Position numbers and translations under genes: made by a program | NCBI RefSeq assembly: GCF_006345805.1 | Contig: NC_042999.1 | Span: 163,990,001-164,054,000, forward strand | Direction of reading: 5' to 3' | Length of the DNA: 64,000 bases | DNA from: Octopus sinensis | Lineage: Eukaryota | The notes under the pieces: model-generated | Told to the model about the DNA's origin: nothing | Database searches by the model: none | What the model saw: only the letters and a program-made list of their open reading frames with translations | In this document: piece after piece, positions 24,909 through 38,889 of the stretch | Layout of the letters: each line of letters opens with the position of its first letter | How positions within the stretch are numbered: the stretch's first letter is position 1

Positions 24909-25137
24909 TGGAGGCGCAATGGCCTAGTGGTTAGGGCAGCGGACTTGCGGTCGGAGGATCGCGGTTTCGATTCCCAGACCGGGCGTTGTGTGTGTTTATT
25001 GAGCGAAAACACCTAAAAGCTCCACGCGGCTCCGGCAGGAGGTGGTGATCCCTGCTGTACCCTTTCACCACTCTAAAGGCGGTGCTCCAGCATGGCCGCA
25101 GTCAAATGACTGAAACAAGTACAAAAAAAAAAAAAAA
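24909..25137 (+). mobile_element. Chimeric tRNA-derived SINE with poly(A)
   Basis: A box tggcctagtgg and B box ggtttcgattccc; the body switches near 25072 to the composite-SINE tail aaggcggtgctccagcatggccgcagtcaaatgactgaaacaagt, then an A-run. Confidence 0.85.
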
Positions 25138-25179
25138 TATATAATTTCTGTTTTCAGTAAATGCTTAGATTATATTATG

Positions 25180-25740
25180 GTTTATTTTATGATTGATTAT
25201 AAAAATGTTTTTGTTAAGTGTGTACATTTTGTATCTCCCCTCCGGTTTTAATAGCAATAAATCACAAAAGAGCTTAAAATGTACAATAACGCAGTTTTTC
25301 CTGTTTGTTGGGTGAATGTTACATCTAGAGTGAATGTTACTATTTATGGAGATTTTGGTATACAATTCTGAGTCTGAACTTCTCAGTATTTCAACATTGC
25401 TGCCGTTTATCACCTCATGCACTAAAAATCCCATCAAATTATATATGTTACAGTCCAGAATCTGAGCAAATCTAGTAAATGATCTGCGTCGGATAGAATT
25501 AATTCGTATCGGAGTTTGTAGCATCGTTCTATAAGTTGCTTGATAGTCAGTAAGATGCAAATAGTTTAACCACCGAGTATATGAAGAATGGAATAGAGTG
25601 AAGGGGAGGTGTGAGGGAAGAGAAGAGGAAAAGCATGTGAGACGTGGTGTGAGTAATAAACAAAGAGAGAGGATGTAAAGAATCAGAGAAGTGTGATAGA
25701 AGGCTGTCGTTTGTAGAATGTTCGAGGTCAGGTGAAGAAG
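25180..25740 (-). mobile_element. Possible degenerate Penelope-like RT-thumb relic
   Basis: Weak motifs only (YLHL, ILSD, LDVTF). Confidence 0.25.
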
Positions 25741-26407
25741 CAAGTGATACGTTCCGAGCTAAGTGAAGATAGAGGAGGCTATGATAGTGGAGTCCATGCA
25801 TCTATAGAACGCATACACACGCGCACGCGCCCACACCTACACCCACACAAGCAGAAACAAACAAACACATACACACATACAGATGCATGTGTACACGTAC
25901 GCAGTGGAACAGACGCGCATGCAAAGTTGAAGGAATGAGGAAGTTGAAGGTGCTTGTATCTTGAATTGTGAAATTCCAATGGCGATGTTCTAAAATGGTA
26001 TACTCTGTTTTTGAACATCCCAACTAACATTCCTCAGTTCTTGGTACAAACTCCTTTAACCTTCCCTTTTCTGTCTTTTTCCATGGCACCTTTCTTTACC
26101 TGTGTCATTATCTATGTGGCCGCACTCGTCCAGTAGTTCCTTTGTTTATGCGTTATAACTACTACTATTTAACATATATTATTGCTGAAAACCTTATTTC
26201 GTTGAAAAAGTTTAATATGTTAGGATTTATCACTGTACTGTCAAGATCAGATTCCCTAACTCACTGCAGTACCCGCATTGTATTTCAATTAACTTTTATT
26301 AGGCTCTGGAAATGTCTTCCCTAGCTTTCTTGACTTGAATTGAACAATAAGCTGACAATAGTTTACTTCTGACCGTTGATGTAATTTCATAGATGTGGGT
26401 TTCTCTC

Positions 26408-26441
<34 letters not shown>

Positions 26442-27940
26442 GCTATATTAAGCATGTTAACGCCGTTACTATGAAAAAGTAATCGGTTGGGTAGTCTCAG
26501 TGTTGTGAATACTTTATGATCCATGGTAGGTCGTTGACCAGACAGTCATCGACTACGAAACAACTGCTGATTAGGCAGTCATTCATCAGAGTTTAAGCTG
26601 ATGATGGATTCTTCAGACATCATTCAAATAGCATTAAAATAACATCAAATTGTTTGCTTTACTTTCTTAGTTAATATCAAACTTTATTTGTTTATTTGTC
26701 TGAGTAGATGGAAAACGGGGGGACAATAATGAGATGGTTATGTAAATAAAGTATTGGATTATTTGCTTATACGTCGCAAATTATCCAAATCACTGTGCAA
26801 TTGGTTGTTTAGTCGATTGTATATCTAATGTATATCTAATAACACCATTTCACCAATTGTTCTTACGCTTCAAAGTAGAGATGAGATTGTCGTTTGGAGG
26901 ACAAACTTTTACGATGCGAGTTCAAAGCCACAGAGAGGCGTTTCGTTGTGTGTCTGGGCGGTTCACTTTTTTTTTAAGCATTACTTCTGAAGAGCTAGAT
27001 GTGAAGAAAGAGAAGTATTAGTTATATATTTGTCTTGCCTACTTAACACGCTGAAAATAAAGCTAGTTTTTTTAACTAATGTTTAAAAAGTGCTTCGGTG
27101 ATAAGACAGTATTGTATTACATAACAAAATAAAGGAAACTATGCGAGATATATTATCAAAAATGCAGTTAGTGGTGATATAGCAGGAATAAGGTTTAAAG
27201 ACTTCACTCGGATTTTGTTAATCAATGTATGTATACATGTATGTGTATGCATGTACTTATGCATATAAGTATGTATATTTGTGTGTATGTATATATATGT
27301 TTGTGTGTATTAAACAAATTATATCACAACTATACATTAACATTCACGAAGAATTTAGCCAAAATAAGTGATGTATACCTGTCTATTTGCAGAAATACGC
27401 ACACAAACATATACATGCATATGTGAACGTAAAAGAAAATAATACGTACGCACGTGCGTGCACACACGCATACATACACACAATACTTAAGTATATTCGG
27501 GTGCAAGTGTTTGTGTTTGACTATCAGTGTATCTGTAAGTATGTGTGTGTGTATGTATGTGTGCGTATGTGTGTGTATTTAAGCATGTATGCATACATAT
27601 AAGCATGTCTGTTACACCTTATAAATGTTGGTACACAAAAATTCGCCCTACTCGATGAAATTGGTGTGTTAACCAGTAAAAGCTTAAATGTCAAATCTTT
27701 GGCGAAATGCCTACACACACACATACACACACACGCACGCACGCACACACACACACATACATACATACACACATACGTTCTCTCTGTCTCTCCCACATTT
27801 ATAGTGGTAGGTATATGTATAAGTTTAAACATGTATACACACGCGCACACACACACACGCACATATACAGACAGGTATGGTAAGTATGGATATATATAAA
27901 TGAATGGGTACATATATAAACTTATATATTCATTTATTAA

Positions 27941-27972
<32 letters not shown>

Positions 27973-28268
27973 GATAGATAGATACACATATATATATTTA
28001 TATACACACACAAATATACACACACATATATATATACACACACACACTCTCACATATATACACGCACACACGCATACAGTTTTCGTTCATTTCGTGGTAC
28101 AAAAATATAAAGCACTTACTTTGCATATGTAGATATGTGTGCGCGTATCTGTGTTTGTATATGTAAGTATATATATCTACATATGTATATATATATACAT
28201 ATACGTACACACACATATATAAGTATATATGTGTATATATGTATACACACACTCATACACACACGCAC

Positions 28269-28306
<38 letters not shown>

Positions 28307-28570
28307 TGAGGACGTATGGCCAAGTGGTTAGGCTGTTGCACTCACGATCACGAGATCAAGGTATCGATTCCTGGACTGGGTGGTGCGTTGTGTTCTTGAA
28401 CAGAACCCTTCATCTCACGTTTTTCTGCCATCACTTCGACACCTGACGTGTGGCACACTGTGCATCTGTTCAGGCATCATCAATGTGGTGAACAGAGTGA
28501 GATCATTTTCAGCAGATAACATTTGATCACTATAAACAAATCATTTGTGCAGGTTGTGCAGGGAAGTTAA
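28307..28570 (+). mobile_element. tRNA-derived SINE
   Basis: tggccaagtggttagg (A box) and ggtatcgattcc (B box), then gttgtgttcttgaac. Confidence 0.8.
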
Positions 28571-29227
28571 ATCTTTTCTGGCTCATTCTTCGACAAATTT
28601 CTTAAGCATGGACGAATATCTGAAGCACGGAAGCACTTTTGTCACAAACTACGAACGTGTTTATTTTCCAGATGAGTTTTGTTTTTCTTCATCTATGTCT
28701 AAAACTTTCTCTAAACGAGTCACGTTCGCTCAAATGCTTCGAAAGTCACTAATATTTATGTTTGGCAAGATTTAAGTGTGTGAGTGCCCATATGCTAGGA
28801 CACAACAATCTCCTAAGCAGACCGAGTGCAGATATGAATAGCATATGGGAACCGGTATTAAGGAAGGATAGGAAAATTTAGCATAGACTTAATTGAAGTA
28901 TTTAATGAATTAATGAATTTGACTTTTGGTTGCAAAGGTTTAAATCGATGTTGTCAATGTTTCCTCTCACAAATTCATTAAATACTTCAAATAAGTCGAT
29001 GCTAATTTATTTTTCTGTAAAGAATTGTTTTGGTTGGTTGGCGGATTTGTTTAAGTGATTGATATCATCATAGTAGCGAGCACCATATCTTGTTACTCCA
29101 ACTCGAGAAACGAGATTAAGCGAAATGCAAATTTTTAAAAGGGTATATAAGTATCTTCCTGCCTAAACAAAACCAAAACAAAAATTTACTACTCTTCTCA
29201 CAGCTCTTCGAAATTATTCCATAGTAA

Positions 29228-30010
29228 GCGCAGGTTTGGCTGTGTGATATGATGCTTGCTTTCAAAACACATGGCTCCGGGTTCAGCCTCGCTGCGTGGC
29301 ATTTTGGGGAAGTGTCTTCTACTATAGCCTCGGGCCGACCAACGACTTGAGTGGATTCGGCTGAATGAAACTGAATGAAGCCCGTCATGTGTGTGTGTGT
29401 GTATATATATAAACTTCCCCTTTATCATCCGCCATTGCTTCTTCCTCAAGGTATTTTGGCGCCTCTTTACCAAGTTATTTTGGCGCCCCTTCCTCTCACC
29501 CTCTTTAATTCTTTCTTTCTCTCTCTCTCTTGGTCATTTCTCGGCCCTCCTCAATCCCCCCTCTCTCTTTCTCTCTCACCTTCTTGCAACCTGCTGCTGC
29601 TAAGCCATTCCACTGCTGACAGCTTCTTGTACAACACATGTCTCCTCTACCGAAAAGGTAACCGCTTCCCACGCTTGCTGATCAATTGTTTTGTCTCATT
29701 TTGTCTCAAAGTCGTAAGACGCCCCCGTATCATTCCTGTTTTTATTCGTTACTGTTTCCAAGTTTATCTTCGTCTCTTGTTTTCCTATTCGTCTCGGTTG
29801 TCACATTCTTTCCTTCTACCAAGCAAATCTAATGCCCATAGCTTAGCTTTTCCTTGGGGCTGGCCTTTTCGGAGCAAATCTCAGAATTAAACAGCCGAAA
29901 TTTGCCATAATGAATCGGTTTCTGACTGAAGAATGAAGGCTCTGAATTACTGTCCGTTTTTCCGTGTTTGTCAATTCGTGAATTTCACGTTCTTTATATA
30001 TAAGTTTTAT

Positions 30011-30074
<64 letters not shown>

Positions 30075-30290
30075 GAGTGTGTGTATGTGTGTGCGTGTGC
30101 GTGTGTGTGCGCGCGTGCGTGTTTGTTTTTGTGTGTGTGTTCGTCCTCCACCACCGCTTGGCAACCAGCGTGAGTGCGTTTATATTCCCGTAATTTAGAG
30201 GCCGATAGAATAAGTAACAGGCTTAGCAAAAAAAAAAAAAATAATAAGTTCTGGGATCGATTCATTCGTCTCACACAAAAAGGATCATAT
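29228..30290 (+). mobile_element. Composite SINE split by a ~600-bp insertion in its internal microsatellite
   Basis: 5' half 29228-29388 and 3' half ~30118-30290 both match 11627-12092; unrelated sequence 29411-29995 lies between. Confidence 0.75.
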
Positions 30291-30357
30291 TTGATTAGTT
30301 TTTCATTTCCTAGCCCGGAGTTCAAAATAAATGATAAAAATTAGGAATTATAGAAAT

Positions 30358-30390
30358 ACTAGCGGCTAAGCCCGATTTCACTCGGTCGGT
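30358..30390 (-). mobile_element. Helitron-type 3' terminus
   Basis: Minus strand ccgagtgaaatcggg hairpin, 9 nt spacer, then CTAG followed by T (CTAG at 30359-30362). Confidence 0.65.
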
Positions 30391-30409
30391 TTGAATGATG
30401 TGGCTGTAA

Positions 30410-30775
30410 AACCTGCTCTGTGTAAGCATTCGACTTGCTTGGGCACGCTCATGTTATATTACTCTTGAATACTGTCCTTGAATGGGCCACATATCTTTTG
30501 TATCTTTTCGGAGAGGCTTTTCACATAGGGTAGACAGACTGTGGACAATTTATTGGTTTCCTCCTCTCTTTTCTTCGTAATTGGAGTAGATAGTATGTTT
30601 TAGGGGTAGTTGTTGCTTAATAGATCGTTACTGGTGGGTATCACGATCGCTACTTATATTCTTTGCTCGATGTTTTAGGCCCTGAGCAATTCATCTCTTT
30701 ACACTGCATGGATGGTGGGAATTGAAGTTAAGATATCGTCCAGTGAAGGTCGGCTTACGGTATACGGATGTCCTC
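30410..30775 (-). mobile_element. Penelope-like RT C-terminal relic (Poseidon-like)
   Basis: TSVYRKPTFTGRYLNFNSHHP...LKHRAKNI...VCLPYVKSLSEKIQKIC...VFKS. Confidence 0.85.
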
Positions 30776-30789
30776 TTTTGTGGCTGTTT

Positions 30790-31400
30790 TTCAAGGTATA
30801 GTGTGCAGATACTCCAATGTTCGTACAACAGAACAATTAAACAAAAGATTTAATGGGCATAGATTTAACGTCAGGCCCAATAACAGTAGTTCGACAGAAC
30901 TTGCCCAGCATTTTGTTTCAAACGGCTGCAATTTTGAGAAAGACTTGAAAGTGCATATTCTCAGAAAATATCCTGAATCTGCTTCACTTTCACTTCTCAA
31001 AATGCATGAGGAGAAATATGTTTGCGTTTTATTAACATCACGTCCTGGAGGAATGAATAAAATGACAGGAGAATACCATCAAATTTATACAAAACTGTTT
31101 GATGAAATATTCTTTTTCCTTTCCTTTTTTCTTTCTTTTTTCTATCTTTTTTCTGTCTTTGTCTTTTTGCGTATTATAAAATTGAAACTTAAAGACTGAT
31201 GATGTCATTCCATCAATATTTGGACGCTCTCATTCATACTTTACATTTAAATTTCTATAATTTTGAATTTTCATCCCTTCTTATTTTGAACTCGACAAAG
31301 ACAAGCTTGCTGTCGAAATATCGTTCAACCAATAAAATATCTTTTGCAATCGAATTGCGCTCTTCGTCTTGACTATTTACCTTTGTGAAGATTTTAGTCA
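30790..31400 (+). mobile_element. Penelope-like GIY-YIG C-terminal half plus pLTR with a decayed hammerhead (31288-31326)
   Basis: LNKRFNGHRF...TELAQHF...LKVHIL...EEKYV..LLTSRPGGMN; then gaac ctcgacaa a gaca-agcttgc-tgtc GAAA tat c gttc. Confidence 0.85.
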
Positions 31401-31411
31401 ATCCTTTTATG

Positions 31412-31450
<39 letters not shown>

Positions 31451-31519
31451 TAATAATAATATAATAATAATAATAATAATAATAATATGAAGTGAAAGCA
31501 CGATATAAAAAATATACTA

Positions 31520-31556
<37 letters not shown>

Positions 31557-31577
31557 TAATAATAATAATAATAATAA

Positions 31578-32083
31578 GCTGAACAACTATAAATATCTTG
31601 AAATAGAAACTGGCAAAATATGGGACCTCAAAACTAAAACAATACCTGTTATCATAAGTGCCCTAAGAATGGTAGCAAAAGGGGCTGATTGCTACCTATT
31701 CCAGATACCAGGAAATCCAAAATGGAAGAAATTCTAAAAATAGTGCTCATGGGAACTGCTCATATCCTAAGAAAGATATTGTCTATGTAATTCCCATAAC
31801 ATTTTAATCTGTAAACAGTATCAAAATACTTTTAAATGTACATAATAGTAAACACCTTTTGCTGTCATCTTCGCATCAGACTATCACCTTACAATCAAAT
31901 TACTTTTAGAACAAACTTCTAATTTTCGTATGTTTTCACAGACATTCTCTAGAACAATATTTTGTGCAAAACCAAAAATATGGCACCCGAGTCATAACAC
32001 CTACTTGAACGTCTAACTTGTCTCTTGAGGTCTCTGGATGAGACTTGGAACTAACTTGTACAAATACAAAGCAAAAGCCAAAC

Positions 32084-32127
<44 letters not shown>
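31578..32127 (+). mobile_element. R4/Dong-clade LINE 3' fragment in (TAA)n
   Basis: YKYLEIE..KIWDLKTKTIPVII.AL.MV...IPGNP...KIVLMGTAHILRK.LS stop at 31790; 3' UTR; (TAA)n on both sides. Confidence 0.85.
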
Positions 32128-32128
<1 letters not shown>

Positions 32129-33270
32129 CTGATGATGATTGTATTCATTTGCCACTAGGATGAAGGATGAGGGGGAACAATACAAAGACAGACATAAAGT
32201 GTGCAGGTTTACATATAATGAAATAATAACATAATTATTTTAAAAATGTGTAAGTATACACAGTATAAAAGGAAAAGGAAGAAACGTATACATAATATAC
32301 AAAGGTTAAAAAATGATAATACGTAACGAATCTCTCTAAGAATTACAGAGGAATACATAATCCATATTCTAGGAATTCATTATACATCAAACAGAGAATA
32401 TCACACCTGGATCTGGAGCTGCACTTAATCATCAGGTTGACTAAATTAAGTGTCATAATTCGGCTTGATCGAGATTGACCTGGGCTGCACATCCCGAACA
32501 GTTGCAACTCTATCGAGTCAACGCAGAAGCGTGTAAGTAGTTGCTCAACATTCTTGAAATATTCATTAAATTTCTCTCAAATCATACTTTGTAGTCTTTA
32601 AAAGGAAACGCATTTATTAATGCAGTTCTAGATATACCATAGCTAATAAAAAAGATGGGATGGTCACGTTCAGAATGTCTATGATCATATGTTGCCCAGA
32701 AGCTGGAAATAACACTAAAATCTGTTTCCTTCTAAGTACAGACAAGAATTAAAAAAACACCCTCCCACCACCGCCATCACACACGTGATAGTAACAACCA
32801 CTGGATTCAGTCTAAAACATTGTGCTAAGATGTCGACCAGCAGAGGTAAATGCCAACTCTCCTCCGGTCGCAAGAAGAACGTGAAGGTTTACAAGAATAG
32901 ATTGGAAAATGGAGGTAATGGAACATAACCAGTTTTCTACATTGCAACCCTTCTAACCACCGCATGTTGAAGTGTGTAGTGTGCTCTTGAACAAGGTAGA
33001 GACATGGCAAATCTGGAGCACTGGATCTATGGATTTTCACATAGCAACATCTACGTGATCAGAAAGAAATTAGGGCTGAACAGCAGTAGAAGCAGCAGTA
33101 GCAGAAGCAGCATCATCACCACCACCTCCACCGCAATCACGACGCTGGCGGCAACGGCGACGCCTTTGAAAATAACAGCAACGAATCGCGATTCATTATT
33201 GGGTTTCTCCACCTTGGTTCCTATCTACGTCATCAGTGTATTCATGTTAGACCTAGTTAAAACTTCCCCT

Positions 33271-33321
<51 letters not shown>

Positions 33322-33479
33322 CTGTGCAACTCTTCAATTCCCTGAAATACCGACCGACATCGCTGCTAATGAAGATCGATAAATCAATAAGTACTGTCAA
33401 TGTTGTCTATTTCTCTCTTCTCGTTTTCTTTTTATTTATCAATTATTCTATTTATGTATGTATCTATTATTTATTTATC

Positions 33480-33551
<72 letters not shown>

Positions 33552-33882
33552 TTATTATCAGCATCATCATCAGCATCATTATTATCGCTTTCTAATTTCA
33601 CGGAAACATTTAGATGCAGTCTTGTATAAGTTAGTTTAAACAGCTATTTGTGGCTTCCATACAGTATTTGATCAAGAAAACAAGGAAAGGATTTAGTATT
33701 CAATAAAAAAAATTCTAGTTTCTAATGACCGGAGAACCGGAAGTGGGTCAACAGAGTTGAATAATTTCGAATGTACTTTGTTTTGTTTTTGCTTATAACT
33801 ATAATATATAGTGAACGATAAAATGAAAATGTCTTTACTCACGCACGTACAGGCGTATATATAAAAACATAAACACAAACAC

Positions 33883-33917
<35 letters not shown>

Positions 33918-34197
33918 TAAATAATTGTGCATTTAGACATACGTCAAGGAAAAATACAATCTATGTTTATAGATATTAAATCAAATATCTATAAATCAAA
34001 GAATATAGACTATTTTGTACAGAGTACGTTTAGAGATAATTCTATACTTATAGTCATGTGACTGTTTTTACAACATACTGCAGTATTGTTGTAATCCATT
34101 TATGAGTGATACAGTAATGTATGCATTAGAGTATACACATACATACATGCATATGTACGTACGTATGTACATAGGTAAATACACATATTATACTGCA

Positions 34198-34248
<51 letters not shown>

Positions 34249-34424
34249 GGTGAGTATGTATCTTTCATTTCTTTTCGTTTTTACTTGCTTCAATCATTAG
34301 ACGGCGGCCATGCTGAAGGAGTTTAGTAGTGATGGAGGACACACACACACACACACATATGCAGTGTACTGTTCTGTGATGATAAAATTAGCAACAAAAA
34401 AATTACTCCACCTGGTGAGAGATA

Positions 34425-34664
34425 TTATTTAATAAACTCAGTATATGTTTTTTGTGCTACTACTGTTTTTATGTGCTGAGAACATACCAAATATTAGTTC
34501 ATAAAATGTTTGGTGTCCACGCACGATCATCAGACACTGCTCACATGGCATAACGAATTCCTGTGGGGAGTGTCTGATGATTGTGCTGGGACACCATATA
34601 TGTTACAGAATAATGTTTGACCTGTTCTCAGCTCATAAAAACATATATTGTGTTTATTAAATAA
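34425..34664. repeat. ~240-bp imperfect palindrome (MITE-like)
   Basis: ttatttaataaac...ggtgtccacgcacgatcatcagacactgctcaca versus tgtggggagtgtctgatgattgtgctgggacacc...gtttattaaataa. Confidence 0.75.
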
Positions 34665-34677
34665 CATACACACACAC

Positions 34678-35061
34678 GATCGCCATAATCTTTAAGCTTA
34701 TATAAAAATACCATTATCATTATTTACAGGATTGTAAAAACGGCGCCGTATAAAAGATCATTTGCACCGAAAGCATATGGAAAGTTTGTTTGCATAATCA
34801 CGAACTATTATAGTTCTTAAATTTGACAGGCTGATTCGCTGATGTAAAAGTAACGCCTTAACAAAGGGATGTGGCTCGACTCCCCCGCTGATAGGAAAGC
34901 CTTCTTTTTTCTGTTGAGGGCTTACATGCACCCTTTATTAGACTATTTTCCTTAGTCATTGCACGGTGATCGCCATAAGTTTTAAGCTTATATAAAAATA
35001 CCATTATTATTATTTACAAGATTGTAAAAGCGGCGCCGCATAAAAGATCATTCGCACCGAA

Positions 35062-35065
<4 letters not shown>
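34678..35065. repeat. 98-bp direct repeats, 290-bp period, set in (CA)n
   Basis: 34678-34775 versus 34968-35065, about 7 differences by eye. Confidence 0.9.
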
Positions 35066-35149
<84 letters not shown>

Positions 35150-35151
<2 letters not shown>

Positions 35152-35285
35152 AGGCCTCTTTCAGCTTCCATCTACCAAATTCACTCACAAGGCTTTGGTC
35201 GGCCCGAGGTTATAGTAGAAAACACCTGTCCCAGATGCCACGCAGTGGGACTGAACCCGAAACCATGCAGCTGGGAAGCATCAAT
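35150..35285 (-). mobile_element. 5' half of composite SINE
   Basis: ctaccaaattcactcacaaggctttggtcggcccgagg...gcagtgggactgaaccc. Confidence 0.8.
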
Positions 35286-36180
35286 CCAAGCCTTCTGTTA
35301 GTATACCAGGCTAACGGTATTATTTAGATTAGTAAAGAATTGCACGTATTCTTTTGGCAGGGTCTAAGGTTATAGTTGATCTCTATTCTATATATAGTAA
35401 ATCAATGGTTGTGTTCAAGTTATACTGGGTTTTAGCCAGAGTGATATACAAGAGAAGGTACAAATAAGGGCCATTACATATTTTTTCATTTATTGTTGTA
35501 AATTTGACTTACAGATGTTTCCAATAATCAATATAGGTTCGTTACTGTTAGGTCTACTCAGTCGGCCGATTGATCAGTTGAGGAAAATTGAACGATCTAG
35601 AAAATTAATGCTACTTTCATCAGGGTTATTTTTGGTTATAGGTAGCATGTGCACGTACACACACACATACACACACACACGCACACACAGATACAGTCCT
35701 TAACACACTTATATACGCAAATACACAGACCTTAACTCATACTTATAAACATAGAAGAACATTTCGGTACACCGATAAACATTTACCGAAACATATATTC
35801 ACAGTATGGATTACGTAAACCTTGTTTATCTCACATAACACATACATGATTGCACGCTTCCAATACAAAATTACTTTAATCACTGTTATATGTTTGTAAC
35901 ATGTCTTATTTTTTAGCTTTTAGGTCTTATTACGTTGGTCAGTGCACTGGGCAGCAACCATATTATGCGTGTGCGCGAACACACACACACACAAACACGC
36001 ACGAGCGCGCGCGCACACACACACACACACTTATTAAACAATACTCATAGAAGCATACAACGTCTGAAAGTATCAAAGATAAATTCATCGCTGCATATAT
36101 ATTCTGTACACTGTACTCGACCACTACATGGTAAGCATACGTTATCATGCATGTATGTATTCTACCATAGTATGAACATC

Positions 36181-37467
<1,287 letters not shown>

Positions 37468-37509
37468 TAATAGCAGTAACTGATTAAATTCTACTTCCTT
37501 CCTCTTCTC

Positions 37510-37929
37510 TCTGTGATTCTTGTAAATTTCAATAACAATCTGCCCCTCTACAGAATAAGACTGTCATTTTGCTTCTCATTCGGATTCCCTGATATTTTCG
37601 CATGATTGTACCCAAAATTTCTTCACATAACTTGATTAATAATTCACTATGAACTATAGGGACATGCACATATTATGTAAGTTCAAGACTTTTTATCGGA
37701 TCTCCAGGAATCGAACTTATCTGTGATTCTTGTAAATTTCAATAACAATCTGTTCTTCTACACGATATGATAGTCACTTTGCTTCTTACTCGAATTTTCA
37801 GAAATTTCGCATGACTGTATCCGAAATTTCTTCACATAACTTGATTAACAATTCAATATGAGCTATATATGGACATGCACAAATTCTGTAAGTTTAAGAC
37901 CTTTCATCGGATCTCCAGGAATCGAACTT
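37510..37929. repeat. 210-bp tandem duplication
   Basis: tctgtgattcttgtaaatttcaataacaatctg...atcggatctccaggaatcgaactt occurs twice (37510-37718, 37720-37929), visibly diverged in the middle. Confidence 0.9.
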
Positions 37930-38001
37930 TCTTCAATGAAGTTAATCTTACACCCTCATTTGTATCTACCCCTTTTGATGTTTGAGAATTCTCTGATGTT
38001 T

Positions 38002-38089
38002 TTTCGGCTGATGAGTACGAGCCATCTGTATTAACTGCATTTTTTGTAGCTTATTAAAGATGTCCTCGTACGAAACAATTGTACCGAGA
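38002..38089 (+). ncRNA. Type I hammerhead ribozyme, intact core, very long stem II
   Basis: tttcgg CTGATGA gtacgag...ctcgtac GAAA caattg TA ccgaga: core 38008-38014 and 38072-38075, stem III palindrome ACAATTGT, cleavage predicted after A38083. Confidence 0.85.
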
Positions 38090-38237
38090 TTTTAATCCAT
38101 TCTTGTTGCTTTTTTCCTATTTGTAATCACCCCACTTGTCGTATGGTTAACACCATATAGATTTCCGGTGCATCCTAGTTAAGGACCATATTCATGTGAA
38201 TTCATTAGAATTCACTTGAATCTCAATTACTTAAACC

Positions 38238-38277
<40 letters not shown>

Positions 38278-38466
38278 TATAGGTGAAAGAGTTGGTATGT
38301 GAAAGCACGTGGTTTGATGTATAAAAGACAAAAAGGAGTGAAAAACTACAGAAGGCTTGTGTTATATGGTTAAAGAATATATTTAAATCGTTATGTTAGA
38401 AAGATGTTATAAAATTTTGCATATAGTAACATACATGCATACATACATCATGATGCATACGTATAT

Positions 38467-38520
<54 letters not shown>

Positions 38521-38539
38521 TCAGTCGCCATGATTGACC

Positions 38540-38693
38540 GCTAACTCTATTTATTTCATCGTGTTCCTTTCAGTTGAAGAACGTAGGCTCGAAACGTAAA
38601 AGACATTCTAACCTTCCTGAGCGTCAAACTAATACGCCTGCTTGTTGCTTATAGACCTGTGATCATCTCTTGTTTTTCTGTAAATTTCAACTT

Positions 38694-38700
<7 letters not shown>
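38540..38700 (+). mobile_element. Penelope-like pLTR fragment, same family as 3211-3650, decayed hammerhead 38567-38602
   Basis: cttt CAGTTGA a gaac-gtag-gctc GAAA cgt A aaag. Confidence 0.65.
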
Positions 38701-38745
<45 letters not shown>

Positions 38746-38889
38746 AGTACGCACACATCATGGAATCTCCTGCCGAAGACGACCTATGAGTGTTCAGTTT
38801 TTGTGAAATGACCTGCTCAAACGATTTGTTTATAGTGACCAAATATATATGTTGAATAAAGTTAGCTCACTGCCCTTCAACAGCTCGAC

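Noticed and set aside
26530-26620. CTGATGA on both strands plus a GAAAC
   Set aside because: The cores and GAAA do not fall in the right order with stems on either strand.
32770-33345. More GC-balanced stretch and 113-aa ORF as a possible host exon
   Set aside because: Low-complexity S/T protein, no recognisable domain, stops in the alternative frames, no supported splice pair.
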